Shown piece by piece: positions 7,301 to 8,349 of a DNA stretch of 8,349 bases (the stretch's first letter is position 1; each line of letters begins with the position of its first letter). Below the pieces are notes generated by a model, which worked only from the letters and a program-made list of their open reading frames with translations, was not told the DNA's origin and did not search any database. The DNA is taken from the NCBI GenBank assembly GCA_023136205.1, contig JAGLRQ010000161.1, positions 1 through 8,349 on the forward strand. The letters are read 5' to 3'. Position numbers and translations under genes: made by a program. Origin of the DNA: Candidatus Auribacterota bacterium. GTDB taxonomy: Bacteria > Auribacterota > UBA6266.

Positions 7301-7590
7301 TCCCAACCGGGAAAAAATAAAATATCTGAACCGGGAAGGTATGATTCAAGCTCGGCAAGCAAAGTTTCACATTCAGAGTTGGAACGAAGACAAATTACAA
7401 TGCTTTTTGAAAACAACTTTAAAAGCCATGAATAAACAGACCCTTTTGCCTCCTGAACGATCTCACTAACCCCGGCCGAGTGCCCTTTCTTAAGAACTTC
7501 AAGCAGGTTTCTGAAAGATTCAGAATGGTTTAAATAGTGAAGAATGTTTCCAGGATTACAAAGCTTTAACGTATTTTTCGACGCGGTCAA
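4342..7590 (-). CDS. mfd: Transcription-repair coupling factor Mfd (TRCF)
   Basis: The protein is 1082 aa and has an RNAP-interacting CarD-like segment (PGDYVVHINHGVGKFLGL). The superfamily-2 helicase motifs are present: GDVGYGKTELA, LLIIDEEQRFGV, MSATPIPRTL, TTIIESGIDIPNANTIII and QLRGRVGR. The TRG translocation motif (LEIRGAGNILGKKQHGH) is also present. The only canonical start in frame is TTG at 7590-7588. The stop is TAG at 4344-4342. Confidence 0.95.
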   Translation of the reverse strand: MTASKNTLKLCNPGNILHYLNHSESFRNLLEVLKKGHSAGVSEIVQEAKGSVYSWLLKLFSKSIVICLRSNSECETLLAELESYLPGSDILFFPGWEILPGEHVFPHVDLVGERMKALLKVKHSNSPFVMVTTIDAVQHKVAPPEDLFGKFLSFKKEQVVDFQSTVENLVKIGYGRNREVSFKGAFGVRGSIIDIFPSNCEYPVRIDLMDDCVETIKLFDASSQRSFKEIDSISVAPVDEAGIVDYKNLESVFSYIPGEAILIFEEAPELRNKAAKNLEYLSHKDSSEFMDVDDILSIERQRLFVSSFALKPDSAAEKFPQLSLDTREIKYYSPEEVGSRGISGSNFSSMVKDLKNWIEHGKTVYIFGNNTGEIDRLREILKEEKVNLELINFGRARLRGGFFVEQANLFVLTDQEIFGRYKRRRPRRKYFGSISPVEIADLNPGDYVVHINHGVGKFLGLSEIKKNNMPVEMAVIEYANNSKLYVPMSKVNLIQRYIGFRDRGPMLDKLGSRKWLMTKAEAQRSIMDYSAELLQIQGARAAKSGFKFSKDTRWQKEFEASFIYEETPDQEKSIREIKEDMESLVPMDRLICGDVGYGKTELAVRAAFKAVMDGKQVAVLVPTTILAKQHLDTFSERMVDYPVCIEMLSRFKTPSEQGDIIKRLAKGAVDIVIGTHRLLQHDIKFKDMGLLIIDEEQRFGVAHKENLKKLRLTVDVLAMSATPIPRTLYMSLAGARDMSTVITPPEDRLPVETIICEYGNEVMREAILREFSRGGQVFYIHNRVQSISGVCERLARLVPQAKFAYAHGQMEEHALESRMRDFVAGSIDVLVSTTIIESGIDIPNANTIIIERADRFGLADLYQLRGRVGRFKRRAYAYLLASGEKEMPEEVKRRLSAMKKFSSLGSGFKIALKDLEIRGAGNILGKKQHGHVAAIGFDLYCKLLKQSVSRLKGEKVVEAPDVYIDLGLYLKIPESYMEDETERLKMYMKISSAVDEKEINIIAEYLEDRFGKIPRSVQILLMLEELKFIAASKKVSVVEAKEEKLLVRKGVRRYSYSFAEIGLDPRFPEKAISTVKKLLQAL

Positions 7591-8349
7591 GACCTTCTTT
7601 TATCACTTCCATTGAAACAGCATATGAAAGCCTCACATGAGTATCCCAGCCAAAAGCCGAGCCGGGAACAACAGCTACATGGTCGTTTTTGAGTAAATTC
7701 GACGCAAAATCAGTTGATTTCATGCCAAATCTTGAAATGTTTGGAAAAACATAAAAAGCCCCGCCGGGTTTAGTGCATGAAATGCCCGGTATTGAATTTA
7801 ATTTATCTACCATATAATCTCTTCGCTTTTTAAATTCTTCTACCATTTCTTTAACACATTCATAACCGCCGTTAAGCGCGGCCAGCGCGGCCTTCTGCGC
7901 TATCGATGTAGGATTTGAAGTACTGTGGCTTTGATAACTTGCTACGGCGGACGCGATAGGCTTAGGTGCCGCCATATAACCTATCCTCCATCCTGTCATC
8001 GAAAAACTTTTTGAAACACCGTTTATAACTATGGTTAAATCTTTCAGGCCGGGACAAACAGTCAAAATGCTCTTTGCTTCCATATTCCCATAGACTATTC
8101 TGTTGTATATTTCATCCGAAACAACAAAGATATTGTTCTCAATCGCAAATTCGGCTATTTCTTTCAAAATCTTTTCATCCATAATACAGCCGGTGGGATT
8201 ACAGGGAGAATTAATTATTATAGCTTTTGTCCTAGGGGTTATTGTCTTCGCGAGATTTCTTATTGTTAACTGGAAATAATCTTTTTCGTCTCCCCTCACA
8301 AACACAGGTATCCCGCCGGCCATTTTCACCATCTCAGGATAACTAACCC
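7556..8349 (-). CDS. Class-I PLP-dependent aminotransferase (aspartate aminotransferase-like), 5'-truncated by the window edge
   Basis: Family motifs are present: NSPCNPTG, VVSDEIY, and the PLP-lysine motif NGVSKSFSMTGWRIGY. The frame stays open upstream of the track Met (8332) to the window end, reading ..VSYPEMVKMAGG, which matches the conserved PYWVSYPEM region of AspAT-type enzymes. The Met at 8332 is therefore internal. The stop is TAA at 7558-7556. Confidence 0.88.
   Translation of the reverse strand, partial: VSYPEMVKMAGGIPVFVRGDEKDYFQLTIRNLAKTITPRTKAIIINSPCNPTGCIMDEKILKEIAEFAIENNIFVVSDEIYNRIVYGNMEAKSILTVCPGLKDLTIVINGVSKSFSMTGWRIGYMAAPKPIASAVASYQSHSTSNPTSIAQKAALAALNGGYECVKEMVEEFKKRRDYMVDKLNSIPGISCTKPGGAFYVFPNISRFGMKSTDFASNLLKNDHVAVVPGSAFGWDTHVRLSYAVSMEVIKEGLDRVEKYVKAL

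Noticed and set aside
1-8349. Search for a hidden defence, toxin-antitoxin, phage or mobile-element system, or an unannotated RNA gene
   Set aside because: Every sizeable ORF has a confident housekeeping assignment. The three spacers (159, 89 and 99 bp) are too short and too AT-rich or low-complexity to hold a tRNA or a structured riboswitch that I can recognise. Apart from the ksgA insert there are no inverted terminal repeats, integrase or transposase fragments, or compositional islands.

Overview
AT-rich window (roughly 35-40% G+C by eye) filled by seven co-directional minus-strand housekeeping genes. In transcription order they are: a class-I PLP aminotransferase (its 5' end runs off the window at 8349), mfd, a canonical PpiC/parvulin-type periplasmic PPIase, a SurA-like chaperone with a degenerate parvulin domain, pdxA, ksgA/rsmA, and the first 42 codons of gatC (continues past position 1). 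The surA-pdxA-ksgA order is the classical synteny of diderm bacteria, so this looks like core chromosome. I see no rRNA, tRNA, transposase, integrase, cas gene, toxin-antitoxin pair or recognisable defence gene, and I cannot honestly claim a new multi-gene system here. All plus-strand ORFs in the track are shadow ORFs inside conserved minus-strand genes. The one clearly unusual object is a 90-bp element at 651-740, about 59% G+C by hand count. It consists of two identical 36-bp hairpin-forming units plus a partial unit, and has no stop codon in any of the six frames. It sits in frame inside ksgA between the GD(F/L) and NLPY motifs and adds about 30 residues (APASLFPKETA twice). This resembles in-frame palindromic repeat elements such as Rickettsia RPEs. 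Lesser observations are a 5x heptamer repeat abutting the ksgA start, an unusually long AT-rich pdxA-ksgA spacer, a 21-bp tandem duplication in the SurA-like signal peptide, a paired active/degenerate parvulin arrangement, and a TTG mfd start overlapping the upstream gene by 35 nt.
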